Positions 1-12,021 of a stretch of DNA of 64,000 bases are shown here, in pieces; the stretch's first letter is position 1, and each line of letters starts with the position of its first letter. Origin of the DNA: Octopus vulgaris (lineage: Eukaryota). The translations under genes and the position numbers were made by a program. The notes below the pieces were generated by a model that had not been told where the DNA came from, searched no databases, and worked only from the letters and a program-made list of their open reading frames with translations. The stretch is from assembly GCA_951406725.2 (NCBI GenBank), contig OX597832.1, positions 50,406,001-50,470,000 on the forward strand, written 5' to 3'.

Positions 1-551
1 TCAAATTCCACCTAGGTCGACTCTGCCTTTCATCCTTCTGGGTTCGATAAATTAAGTACCAGTGAAACACTGGGGTTAATGTAATCGCCTAGACCCTGCC
101 CCCAAAATGGCTGCCTTTGTGGCAAAATTTGAAACCATTACTACTACTACTACTACTACTACTGCTACTAAGGCAAAATGCTTAGTGGCATTTCGTCCGT
201 CTACATTCTGAGTTCAAATTATGCCAAGGTTGACTTTGCTTTTCATCCTTGATGCGCTGGGGTTGATGTAATTGACTAGTTCCCTCTGCCCGAATTTCAG
301 GCCTTGCACCTCCAATAGAAAAAGTTATTGGTAAGAAGGTGGCGAGCTGGCAGAATCATTAGCACATCAGGCAAAATGCTTAGCAGCATCTCTTCCATCT
401 TCACATTCTGAGTTCAAATTCCACCGAGGTCGACTTTGTCCTTCATCCTTTCAGGGTCGATAAAATAAGTACCAGCTGAACACTGGGGTTGATGCAATCG
501 ACTCATCCCCTCCCCCAAAATTGCTGCCCTTGTGGCAAAATTTAAAACCAC

Positions 552-597
<46 letters not shown>

Positions 598-1215
598 GCT
601 GTTATTGTTATTAAGGCAGCAAGCTGGCAGAACTGTTAGCACACTGGATGACATGCCTAGTGGCATTTCATCCGGCCCTACGTTCTGAGTTCAAATTCCG
701 CTGAGGTCGACTTTGCCTTTCATCCTTTCAGAGTCGTTGATAAGTTAAGTACCAGTTGTGTACTAGGGTCGATTTAATCGACTGCACCCCCCCCACACAC
801 ACACACACTTCCCCCAAAATTTCAGGCCTTGTACCTAGAGTAGAAAAGATTATTATTATTAAGGCAGCAAGCTGGCAGAATCGTTAGCACGTTTGATGGA
901 ATGCTTAGCGGCATTTTGTCCATCCCTGTGTTTTCTGCCAAGGTCAACTTTGCCTTTCTTCCTTTTGGGGTCAATAAAAGAATTACCAGTTGCGTGCACT
1001 GGGGTCAATGTAATCAACTTATCCTCTTCCCACCAAATTTCAGGCCTTGTGCCTAGAATAGAAAGGATTATTATTGTTGATAGGATGGTGGGTGGTGGAA
1101 ATAGTAGTATGCTTGACTAAATGCCTTGTGGCGTTTAGTTACATTTCCCTTCATTGTGAGTTCAAATCCTGCCAGGCTGAACTTTGCCTTTCATTCCCTT
1201 CGGGGAGATCGATTT
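1..1215 (+). mobile_element. Head-to-tail cluster of about 6 tRNA-derived SINEs (Meta/MESC-domain-like, GCCTTTCATCCTTTCGGGGTCGATAAA) separated by (ATT)n/(ACT)n tails
   Basis: Repeated A-box GCTGGCAGAA, B-box GAGTTCAAATTC and shared central domain. Confidence 0.85.
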
Positions 1216-1684
1216 TACAGAAGTAGCACCAGTAATGAATTAACAAATGCATTAGAATCAATCAAATGACTAATTACACTGCCTCTTTCTCCATTACAAA
1301 TCGATGGCTTTTTTTGCCTATGTAAAAGAGAAAAAAAGAAAAAAAACCATTTCAACCATCATCATCATCATCATTATCATCATTACTATTATTATTATTA
1401 TTAATATTATTATTGATACACAATAACAAGAGTGCAATACAATATGTAATAAAATACAGATTGAAATTTCTTAATTTCTAAATTTCAGTTCTTTTTCCTT
1501 TTTTTTTAATTTTTTTTTATCGTTCATTTTCAAACCCAAAGAAGACGGAAATATTGTTCAATAAATAAATCATTCTGTAATTTATTACATTATCGCATTG
1601 TGCTATTCTATTTGTGTGTTTTACCTTCATGAAGAATTACATTACTCATCATATATTATTATTATTATTATTATGATTATTATC

Positions 1685-1894
1685 AAGGTGGCAAGCTTGC
1701 AGAATCGTTAGCATGCCGGATGAAATGCTTAGCAGTATTTCGCCTGTCGCTATGTTCTGAGTTCAAATTCCGCCGAGGTCGAATTTGCCTTTCATCCTTT
1801 TGGGGTTGATAAAATAAGTACCAGTTGAACACTGGGGTCGATGTAATCAACTCATCCCCACCTCCCCCAAGTTGCCCTCATAGTAAAAATTTTA

Positions 1895-1927
<33 letters not shown>

Positions 1928-2615
1928 TATTATTATTATTATTATTATTATTCCTTTAGTATTCAGAATACTCTGTTAAATGTAATATATTTTTTATTCA
2001 AATTTTTTTGAATTCATCAAGCATTATCTTATAGCTTTGAGGTTTCAATGATATGATTGTTTATTTTTAGAATGGCATTGTAGGTTAGGTGTGAAAGGCT
2101 AGATATGGCCAGTTTGAATATAAAACATATAGAATATTTGGGCCGGATATGGCTGGTTTAAACACTAAAGGGTTAAGGTGGCAAACTTGCAGAATTGTTA
2201 GCATGCTGGACGAAATGGTTAGCAGTATTTTGCCTGCTGCTACGTTCTGAGTTCAAATTTCTGCCGAGGTCGACTTTGCCTTTCATCCTTTTGAGGTTGA
2301 TAAATTAAATACCAGTGAAACACCGGGGTCAATGTAATCGACTAGGCCCCCTTCCCCCAAATTTCAGGCCTTGTGCCTACAGTAGAAAGGATTATTATTA
2401 TTATTATTATTAAGGCAGCGAGCTGGCAGAATCATTAGCACGCTGGGCAAAATGCTTAGCAGCATTTTATCCATCTTAATTCTTTGAGTTCAAATTCCAC
2501 CAAGGTAGACTTTACCTTCCATCCTTTCCAGGTCAATAAAATAAGTACCAATTATCATTGGGGGTCGGTGCAAGCAACTTACTCCTCCACCAAAATTACT
2601 GGCCTTGCGCCAGAA

Positions 2616-2662
<47 letters not shown>
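1685..2662 (+). mobile_element. Three more copies of the same SINE with (AAT)/(ATT) tails; TTAA-type MITE at about 1951-2176
   Basis: Same consensus as 1-1215. Confidence 0.8.
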
Positions 2663-2663
<1 letters not shown>

Positions 2664-3339
2664 TGCATATTAATTTTATCATTATTGTCATCATTATCAT
2701 CCGTTATTATTATTATTATTGTTGTTGTTGTTTTCATTTTTTAAAATTTTATTTATTATCTTTATACACAGTTTAAAATCTTCACCACTGGAATCACCAT
2801 TACAAAATTAAAAATTTCTCTCCATCATGTCTGAAGCCTTTAAAGAAAAAAAATTCTTTTTTCCCCAAAGATCATTTGTGAAGTTTTGGCATTGCAAGCA
2901 ATACACCGTTTCTGTTTTGTGCTCCTATTTGGTTTGGTTGTGCAGTGATTGCAGACAGAGAAGCACCACCTTCTTAGAAATGAATTCTAGAATTCCAACC
3001 AATACTCATTAGTCTCTCACAAGAGTGAAGAAGAGCACTGTACTGTTGGAACTATTATACCTTACATTTCAAAATATACCTGTGTGTGTGTGTGTTTATA
3101 TATATATTTATTTATATACACACACACATAAACGGTCATCCATCCATCCATGTATACATACATGAGTGAATGGACAAACGGAAAAAAGTGACATTCAACA
3201 CATTTGTTAGGAAACATCCAGGGGCCTTCTTAGACTTGTTTCATTCGGTTTCTACAGGCCTGACAAGACAGGTTCATTTGACGAGGCTATGAAACTTTAA
3301 GTTGCATGGAGCTGAATCAAACTGTTATTATGTGTATAC

Positions 3340-3760
3340 AGTGGCACATAAAAGGTACCGTTCGAGTGTGATCATTCCCAGCATCGCCTTACTGGCACTT
3401 CTGCACCATGCTAGTAGGGTGCTTAGAGCATCATCTGAGCGTGATCGTTGCCAGAGTGGCTAAATGGCTTTTGTGCCGGTAGCATGTAAAAGGCACCATT
3501 CGAGTACGATCGTTACCAGAGTCGCCTTACTGGCACTTGCACTAGTGGCATGTGTAAAAACATTCGAGCGAGGTCGTTGCCAGTACTTCCTGACTGACCC
3601 CCGTGCCGGTGACATGTAAAAGCACCCTCTACACTCTCGGAGTGGTTGGTGTTAGGAAGGGCATCTAGCTGTAGAAACTCTGCCAGATGAAGATTGGAGC
3701 CTGGTGCAGCCATCTGGTTCGCCAGTCCTCAGTCAAATAGTCCAACCCATGCCAGCATGG
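3340..3760 (+). mobile_element. RTE-LINE 3' UTR-derived repeat
   Basis: Internal ~40-bp modules and GGAAGGGCATCCAGCTGTAGAAAC-type core shared with many copies in the window. Confidence 0.75.
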
Positions 3761-4898
3761 GTGGGATGGTTTGCCAGGAGCTGGCCAAGCAGTAGGCCTA
3801 TATCAGACTTCTGTGACTGTTTTGGCAGGATTTTTACAGCTGGATGCCCTTCCTAACACCAACTTACTCAGCAGAGCAGACTTAGTGCTTTTTACGTGAT
3901 TCAAACACAGGCAAGGTCAGTTTTGGCAAGGTTTTTACAGCTGGATGCCTTTCCAAACAGTGTGGATTGGATGCTTTTTAAGTGTCACCTGCACTGACAG
4001 GGTCACCAAGTAACTTGCTAGACAAAGATTATTTGTGAGGAGAGGGGTCATTAGAGGAGGTGATCTTGTATCAGGTGATGAAAGGCTATAGTGAGACAGA
4101 GAGACAGAAACAGGTGTCTTGCTGTAGAGGAGGTACAATGTTACCTGGCTTGAGGGAAGGAGAGAGATCAGGAATGAAGAGAGAAGCAGGTGTGCTGCTG
4201 CAAGGAGATACATGGTTACCCCACCTGAGGGAAGTGCAGGCGATGGAGAGAGTGGGAGATAGCAGGATAGAGATGGTGGCAAAGTACTGGGCATATTCAC
4301 AACAGCCGGGGATCAGAATGTAAATGGGATGGCTGAGTAAAGGAAGAGGGAGATATTGATGATGGCAAGTGTCAGGGCATACCCTTGAGGTTCAGAGGTC
4401 GTATTACAGGTGGCAGGATATTGCAAAAGGAGCAGGATTAGAGTGTGTGAAGGGGTGAGGAAGTGAGTGGTAAAAACCTGGGTATATAGAGAGTTGGGGT
4501 GGGGAGCTGCCTGGTAGCAGTGATACAGAGAAACAGGGCCATGAGGACAGGATTGGGAAGTGAGAGGTAGGCATAGTGTATCAAGGAGGATATGTGAGGA
4601 AGAAATGAGATGTGGAGATGCAGATTGGTTTGTTGGGGTAGGGTGTGTGAAAAGTTTTTTTGTTAAGTGTGGATGGAACACACAGGTCAGCTGGGCTTGT
4701 GGATAGTAATGATATGAATCAGTGAGATAGAGCCAAGAAGACAGAATTGGGGAGTGGGTAAGCATAGTACATGAAGTGGAAATGTGAGGAAGAGATGTAG
4801 AGATATAGTTTGGTTTGTTGTGGTAGGGTGTGTGAGAAGTTTTCTTTGTTAAGTGTGGGTGTGGCACACAGCATTTCTAGAACTCATATATATATATT

Positions 4899-5098
4899 TA
4901 TAGGGAGAGTTTATGAAAAAAACAAAAGACAAAGACAGGTGGTATACAAAACAACAGATGTATTAAGTATAACGCCCAGAAATAGAAAAAGTCTTTTACG
5001 TTTCAAGCCTAGGCTCTTCTACAGAAAGGGACACAGAAAAAACGAGAGAAACAAGGAGAGAAAAAAATGTGTGTACTGGCTAATGATCTATCATGGCG
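4899..5098 (-). mobile_element. Dispersed repeat with a minimal hammerhead-like motif (Penelope-type); second copy at 18640-18837
   Basis: Two closely similar copies; minus strand reads CCTTT-CTGTAGA-A-GAGCCTAGGCTT-GAAAC-GTA-AAAG. Confidence 0.6.
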
Positions 5099-5316
5099 AC
5101 GTGTGTGTGTGTGAGTGGTCTAATTCATAGTTTGAAAATTTGACAATTTTCTAGAATCATTTCTTTGGGCATTTGTTCAGGCTAATCAACAGCCATGTTT
5201 GTTAGGAAGCATTTATTGGTCTGTTTGTCGTAAATCATATTGTCAGGCCTTCTCCATTTAGCAACTGAAACCATATAACATTTTTAACACCATATTTATA
5301 TAACTTTGTACACATA

Positions 5317-5487
5317 GGCGTAGGAGTGGCTGTGTGGTAAGTAGCTTGCTTACAAACCTCATGGTTCCGGGTTCAGTCCCACTGCATGGCACCTTGGGCA
5401 AGTGTCTTCTACTATAGCCTCGGGCCAACCAAAGCATTGTGAGTGGATTTGGTAGACGGAAACTGAAAGAAGCTCGTCGTATATATG

Positions 5488-5518
<31 letters not shown>

Positions 5519-5710
5519 ATGTTTGTCTGTGTTTGTCCCCCCAACATCGCTCGACAACCGATGCTGGTGTGTTTACGTCCTCGTAACTTAGCGGTTCGGC
5601 AAAAGAGACCGATAGAATAAGTACTAGGCTTACAAAGAATAAGTCCTGGGGTCGATTTGCTCGACTAAAAGGCGGTGCTCCAGCATGGCCGCAGTCAAAC
5701 GACTAAAACT
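5317..5710 (+). mobile_element. tRNA-derived CORE-like SINE (GGCGCAGGAGTGGCTGTGTGG family, resembles Octopus OR-type SINEs)
   Basis: A/B boxes, CCTTGGGCAAGT core, internal (TA)n(TG)n and conserved 3' tail; more than 10 copies in the window. Confidence 0.85.
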
Positions 5711-6250
5711 AAAACACCAAACCCATACTTAGATCATTTAGGGAGTTAATATTACCTCACTGCCTTGAAAAAAAAATTGAAAAAGATAGGGTTCAGGAAA
5801 GGGAAAGCAAGGGATAAAAACTTTAATGAGGAAGGAAATAGAGAAAGGAAAGGAAAAAAGAAGAAAAAAACTCTCACAAAAATCCATCAAAATATCAATT
5901 AAAACAATTGGTTGATTAATCGAATCATTTCATTATATTTAAACTGCCGCATGATAATGAATTCAGTTGCATCAATTTAACATACAAGTATGTTTTGTTT
6001 GTTTGTTGCCGTTGTTGTTGTTGTTCTTGTTTTATTTTTCTGTCATTTAAATTTTTTTTTCTTTCATCAATAAACAATAATTTTAATCCTTTTTGTTACC
6101 GAATTCCTGTTAAAATACACTTTTTTATTTGGTTTTAATTAATTTTGGTAATAATGAAGAATTTAGTAAAATATCTTTTATTATTACTAGCCCTTTAGCA
6201 TTCAGATTATTGTCGAATGTGATGCTTATTAATTCACATTGTCTTGAATA

Positions 6251-6413
6251 GGTGCAGGAGTGGCTGTGTGGTAAGTAGCTTGCTTATCAACCACATGGTT
6301 CCGGGTTCAGTCCCACTGTGTGGCACCTTGGGCAAGTGTCTTTTATTATAGCTTCAGGCCGACCAAAGCCTTGTGAGTGGATTTGGTAGATGGAAACTGA
6401 ATGAAGCCCGTCG

Positions 6414-6444
<31 letters not shown>

Positions 6445-6655
6445 TTGTGTGTCTGTATTTGTCCCCCCCAACATCGTTTGACAACCGATGCTGGTGTGTT
6501 TACGTCCCCATAACTTAGTGGTTCGGCAAAAGAGACCGATAGAATAAGTACTAGGCTTACAAAGAATAAGTCCTAGGTTCAATTTGCTCGATTAAAGGCG
6601 GTGCTCCAGCATGGCCGCAGTCAAATGACTGAAACAAGTGAAAGAGGGTAAAGAG
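6251..6655 (+). mobile_element. CORE-like SINE inserted into a TTAA-type MITE (about 6190-6807)
   Basis: Full-length copy splits the MITE consensus seen intact at 13381-13645. Confidence 0.8.
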
Positions 6656-8060
6656 AATGCATCATGCTTCAAGATTTTGATGATGTGAATGTTTATCTTT
6701 AGAATGACACTGTAGGGTAGGTGCAAGAGGCCAGATCTGATTGCTTTGAACACAAAACAGGTAGAATATTTGGGCCAAATATGGACAGTTTAAATGCTAA
6801 AGGATTGAAATAGAGAGTTTGAAACATAAATTGATATGAAATTTTTATTGAAGTTCACTTTAAAAACTAAAGATTGTATCAAAGATCCATGTGTGGTCTT
6901 GGGGCAGTTTGGTATCAAAAGGGTTGATATTCCTGATTTTATTGCCAGAAACAATAGAGAATTCAGCTAAATGTTCCTTAGTATTTAGTTCTGCTACCCA
7001 CCTATATTCTGATTTTCAAAATCCTGTGAAATTTTACTTTTCTCACCACACCCGGTATGTCTTAAAATATGTTTTATTTTACATTTCTTCCCCAAAACAA
7101 AGGCTAGTTGTGGTAGATGTTTTTTTTGGTGTATGTCACTTGTTGGCCACCATCAGGCAAACTTACAACACTTAGGGTTAATCTGTCAGCCAAACAACCA
7201 GGAACCCATCATTTAACCATGAGCGGTTCACATTGGTAACATACTTTTTTTAGAAACAAAATTTTTTTCTGAGATATGGCAATGTGGTTAAGAAGCTTGC
7301 TGTACAACGACATGGTTTCAGGTTCAGTCCCACTGCACAGAAACTTAGTTGAAATTTAACTCAGGACATAGCTGAATACCACGAAGCATTTTGTCTAGCA
7401 CTCTACCAATTCTGCTATTCACTGCCCTAATAATAATAACAATAATAATAATTAATATTACACTATTGTTATTGTCATTCTAACACATGAAACAAACCTA
7501 CGTTATTAAAACCCTTAATTATTATAACTATTATTATAATTATTAATATTATATGTTAAAGAAAATCATTGTTTTGCTTGATTGTTTCTTATTCTTCAAT
7601 TTTCATATATATATATTTATTTTTATTTTTGTTTGTATTTTTGTTGTGTTTTGTTTTGTTATTATTATTCTTACATAATTATTATTTTGTTTTCTATTTA
7701 CCTTTTTTTTCTTCCGTTTTGTGGTCACCAACAGATAACTCTATCATTATAGAGCGTCATCTCACATAATGAAATGAATATGTACATAATATGTAGAAAA
7801 AAAAAACAAAGTGGAAAAAAAATTTACCAAAATAAAATGGTTTTAAAGAATATGTTGCAATTAACAATGGAACTTCACACAACCTGTATTCTGTGGAAGA
7901 GTTTGTCATTCTGTATGTGCCAGGAAAACACATCGATATGGAACCATGTTTAGCTAAATGGTAAATACAAAAGAGGATTGTAATGTTAATTTTTAAGAAC
8001 CTGAAGAGTGTAAATTGTAATCATGTCAAACCAAGGATATTTCAAATACCCTTACGGTTA

Positions 8061-8368
8061 TACAGTTCTATTTTTAAGAGATGAGGAATTATGTACATTA
8101 TTTACATTCGACGGATATTTGTCCTCATCTTGTTTGTTGTTAACACAACGTTTCGGCTGATATGCCCTCCAGCCTTCTGCAGACATCTTAGGGAAATTTC
8201 GAACCTGGGTTCTCATTCCTATGGTATTTTTCGATGTTATTATTATTATTATTATTGTTGTTGTTGTTGTTAAGGTCACTACTTGAAATTGAACTCGGAA
8301 TCTTGGGGTTAGTAGCCCGCGTTTTTAACCACTTTGCCATATGCCCGTGAGCATATGGCGTAGTGGTT
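8061..8368 (-). mobile_element. tRNA-headed element with a Penelope-type hammerhead motif and short inverted 5' junction
   Basis: Homologous to 17707-17950; see findings. Confidence 0.7.
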
Positions 8369-8750
8369 TCCTTGAAAACTACTTTGGGAAAATAATACTC
8401 TATTAGTAAATGAAAATATGTAAATTGTTGTTTAGCAGACTTATGTTCAAAAACCATTCCAGCTATCACTATTTTCAGAGAGAGAAAGAGAATAATTGGC
8501 ACAGTATCGTCCTGTATCTTGGCAGTTGAAAACCTTTTTTAAACTTCAGTTTACCTGCAGAGAAAGTAAAGTCAAGATGGGTGAGTAGATAATTTATTGG
8601 GCTTCATGCTCATTATCTTGGTTCACTAACTGCTGTCAAAAGACTGGATTGTTCAAGTCTCACATCAGAATACACTAACCATCTTAATCCACTTTGACAC
8701 CAAATCTTCGCTCTTATTGCAAGCTGCATATGATGGCATATGTATGTTCA

Positions 8751-9148
8751 GGCAAGCTGGCAGAAACGTTAGTGCGCCGGGCTAAATACTTAGCGGTATT
8801 TCGTCTGCCGCTACGTTCTGAGTTCAAATTCCGCCGAGGTCGACTTTGCCTTTCATCCTTTCGGGGTCGATAAATTAAGTACCAGTTACGCACTGGGGTC
8901 GATGTAATCGACTTAATACCTATGTCTGTCCTTGTTTGTCCCCTCTGTGTTTAGCCTCTTGTGGGTAATAAAGAAATAGGTATTTCGTCTGCCGCTACGT
9001 TCTGAGTTCAAATACCGCCGAGGTCGACTTTGCCTTTCATCCTTCCAAGGTCGATTAAATAAGTACCAATTATGCACTGGGGTCGATATAATCGACTTAA
9101 TCCGTTTGTCCTTTCTGTGTTTAACCCCTTGTGGGTAGTAAAGAAATA
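8751..9148 (+). mobile_element. Dimeric Meta-like SINE with 16-bp target-site duplication
   Basis: Exact TSD GGCATATGTATGTTCA at 8735-8750 and 9149-9164; second unit is 5'-truncated. Confidence 0.88.
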
Positions 9149-9240
9149 GGCATATGTATGTTCATTTCTAGAGTTGGTTTAGTCCTTACGTTGAAACATT
9201 TTCAGCCAGAATTCATAAGTTCTGGATATATTTCGTTATG

Positions 9241-9540
9241 GAGGCACAATGGCCCAGTGGTTAGGGCAGCGGACTAACGGTCGGAGGATCGCAGTTTTGA
9301 TTCCCAGACCGGGCATTGTGTGTGTTTATTGAACGAAAACACCTAAAAGCTCCACGAGGCTTCGGCAGGGGGGGGGTGACCCCTGTTGTACTCTTTCGCC
9401 CTAACTTTCTCTCACTCTTTCTTCCTGTTTCTTGGGTAACGCTGCAATGAACTGGCGTCCCATCCAGCTGGGGGGAACACATACGCCACAGAAACCAGGC
9501 GCATGAGCCTGGCTAGGCTTGAAAAGAGTACATAAAAAAA
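9241..9540 (+). mobile_element. tRNA-derived SINE (GGAGGCGCAATGGCCCAGTGG family) with A tail
   Basis: A/B boxes; TSD ATATTT(C/T)GTTAT at 9228-9239 and 9541-9552; related minus copy near 59830-60003. Confidence 0.8.
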
Positions 9541-9554
9541 ATATTTTGTTATAT

Positions 9555-9782
9555 GTTCATAGTATCCAGCTCCACCATCACATCCCCATTAAGTTCATAG
9601 TGCACAGGCCTTCACTACTAAGTCCCTGTTAAGTCCATAATATGTAGGCCTCCACCACTAGGTGCCCATTAAGATGATAATATGCAGGGTCTCTTTGACC
9701 AGATCCCCATAAAGTTCATATTACATAGGTCTCCATCACTAGATTCCATTAAGTTTATAATAAAGAGGCCTCCACTGCTAGA
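9555..9782. repeat. Degenerate 40-bp minisatellite, about 5.5 units
   Basis: Units start at 9606, 9646, 9686, 9727 and 9766; consensus about AGGCCTCCACCACTAGATCCCCATTAAGTTCATAATATGC. Confidence 0.8.
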
Positions 9783-9952
9783 AAGATAATTTCGAAGAAA
9801 ACTAAAGAAAACTCCTTCCTCTTTTATTGATAAATAGATTTTGAAGTCCTGCCAAAAAATTAGGCACAAGATGTTGAGAAATTACAGTCAATTTAAAAAC
9901 CAAGAGTTTATAAAAAAAAAAAAAAAATGGTTATTCCATTGTATAAACACTA

Positions 9953-10248
9953 TAAGCCTAGTACTTATTCTATCGGGTCTTTTGCTAAACCGCTAAGTTA
10001 CGGGGACGTAAACACACCACCATCGGTTGTCAAGCGATGTTGGGGGAACAAACACAGACACACATATATATACATATACATATATACGATGGGCTTCTTC
10101 CAATTTCTGTCTACCAAATCCACTCACAACGCTTTGGTCGGCCCGAGGCTATAGTAGAAGACACTTGCCCAAGGTGTCACGCAGCGGAACTGAACCCGGA
10201 GCCATGTGGCTGGTAAGTAAGCTACTTACCACACAGCCACTCCTGCGC
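9953..10248 (-). mobile_element. CORE-like SINE lacking its 3' tail
   Basis: Same family as 5317; 3' end missing. Confidence 0.8.
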
Positions 10249-10978
10249 CATATAACAAAATATATTCAGAACTTATGAATTCTGGCTGAAAATGTTTCAA
10301 CGTAAGGACTAAACCAACTCTAGAATTGAACATACATTCCACTGAATGTTCAGTGGGATAAAATACCTACAAACAAGCACCAGTAGACTATTATACAAGT
10401 GAGAAGATTGGCAGTTCTCATCACTTCAGTTGCATTGTATATGACCAGTCTGTGTATCTACCATAAATAGCTTCTCTTTGATCCCACCAACCTCATGCCC
10501 TCCATGCCTATGAATATATTTAATTTTTTTACCTGTTAAGGTAGCAAGATGTGAAAAAGACATTGAATGAATATGTTATATGCATAGGCACAGGCATGGC
10601 TAGGTGGTTAAGAAGCTCGCTTTACAACCTTGTGGCTACAAGTTCAATCCCACTGGGCAGTACTGTGGGCAAATGTGTCTTTTGAGAATTTGATAAACAG
10701 AAACTGTGCTGTGTGTATGCGTGTGTATATACATACATCATCATCATCGTTTAATGTCTGCTTTCCATGCTAGCATGGGTTGGACGATTTGACTGAGGAC
10801 TGGTGAACTAGATGGCTGCACCAGACTCCAATCTGATCTGGCAGTGTTTCTACAGCTGGATGCCCTTCCTAATGCCAACCACTCTGAGAGTGTAATGGGT
10901 GCTTTTCCGTGCCACTGGCATGAGGGCCAGTCAGGTGGTACTGGCAACGGCCACGTTCAAGTGGTGCTTTTTACATAG

Positions 10979-11012
<34 letters not shown>

Positions 11013-11460
11013 CATACACACACACATATATCATCATTGTTTAACATCTGCTTTCCTTGCTGGCATGGGTTGGACAGTTTGACATGGAGCTGTCCAGACT
11101 CCAATTGTCTGTTGTGGGGCATGGTTTCTATGGCTCGATGCCCCTCCTAATGCCAACCACTTAACAGTGTGCATTTTACTTGCCACCAGCAACAGGTTGT
11201 TTACACAGCACCAGCACGGGTGCTTTTCATGTGGCACCCCCCACCTGAAAGGACAAGCCTGTGTGGAAGACAGTGATCTTACTTAGTTTGACATGTCTTA
11301 CCAAGTACAGCAAACCATGACATCTCCTGCTCCCTTGTCATTTCCTCAGTGAGGCCCAGCATCCAAAGATCCTTTCTTACCACTATCCCATGTCTTCATG
11401 GTGTGCCCCCTCCACAAAGCTCAGCACTCCTTTACACAGCTGTACTCACACACACACATA

Positions 11461-11790
11461 GTGAAGGCACGTGGCTCAGTGGTTAGAGCATCAGGCTCAC
11501 AATCATGAGGTAGTGAGTTCAATTTCTGGACTGGGCTGTGTGTTGTGTTCTTGAGCAAGACACTTTATTTCACGTTGCTCCAGTTCACTCAGCTGTAGAA
11601 ATGAGTTACGATGTCACTGGTGCCAAGCTGTATCGACCCCTTTGCCTTTCCCTTGGATAACACTGTTGGTGTGGAGAGCGGAGGCTGATATGCATGGGTG
11701 ACTGCTGGTCTTCCATAAACAACCTTGCCTGGACTTGTGCCTTGGAGGGTAACTTTCTAGGTACAATCCCATGGTCATTCATGACCAAAG
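11461..11790 (+). mobile_element. tRNA-derived SINE (GAAGGCGCATGGCTCAGTGG family); other copies at about 34809-35140, 39635-39970 and a partial minus copy at 30550-30740
   Basis: A box TGGCTCAGTGG, B box GAGTTCAATT, shared body across copies. Confidence 0.8.
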
Positions 11791-12021
11791 AAGGACTGTA
11801 TTTGTCACCCCACAACCACCTGACAACCAATGCTGGTTTTTTTATGTCCCCGTAACTTAATGGTTTGGCAAATGACCCTTATAGAATAAGTACTAGACTT
11901 ACTAAAGCTTATTAGTACTGGGGGGTCAATTTGTTCAACTAAGGCCCTTCAAAGCAGTGCCCCAATATGGTCACAGCCCAATGACAGAAACAAATAAACG
12001 ATAAAAATTTTTTAAATATAA

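Noticed and set aside
451-2776. Poly-N, poly-I and poly-L ORFs
   Set aside because: (ATT)n microsatellite tails.
4313-4867. 184-aa H/P/T/S-rich ORF
   Set aside because: Low-complexity, strand-biased repeat-derived sequence with an internal duplication; no domain motif or splice support.
5258-5557. Recurring ORFs containing [30 protein letters not shown] or [12 protein letters not shown]
   Set aside because: Translations of SINE and RTE-tail consensus sequences; they recur because the repeats recur.
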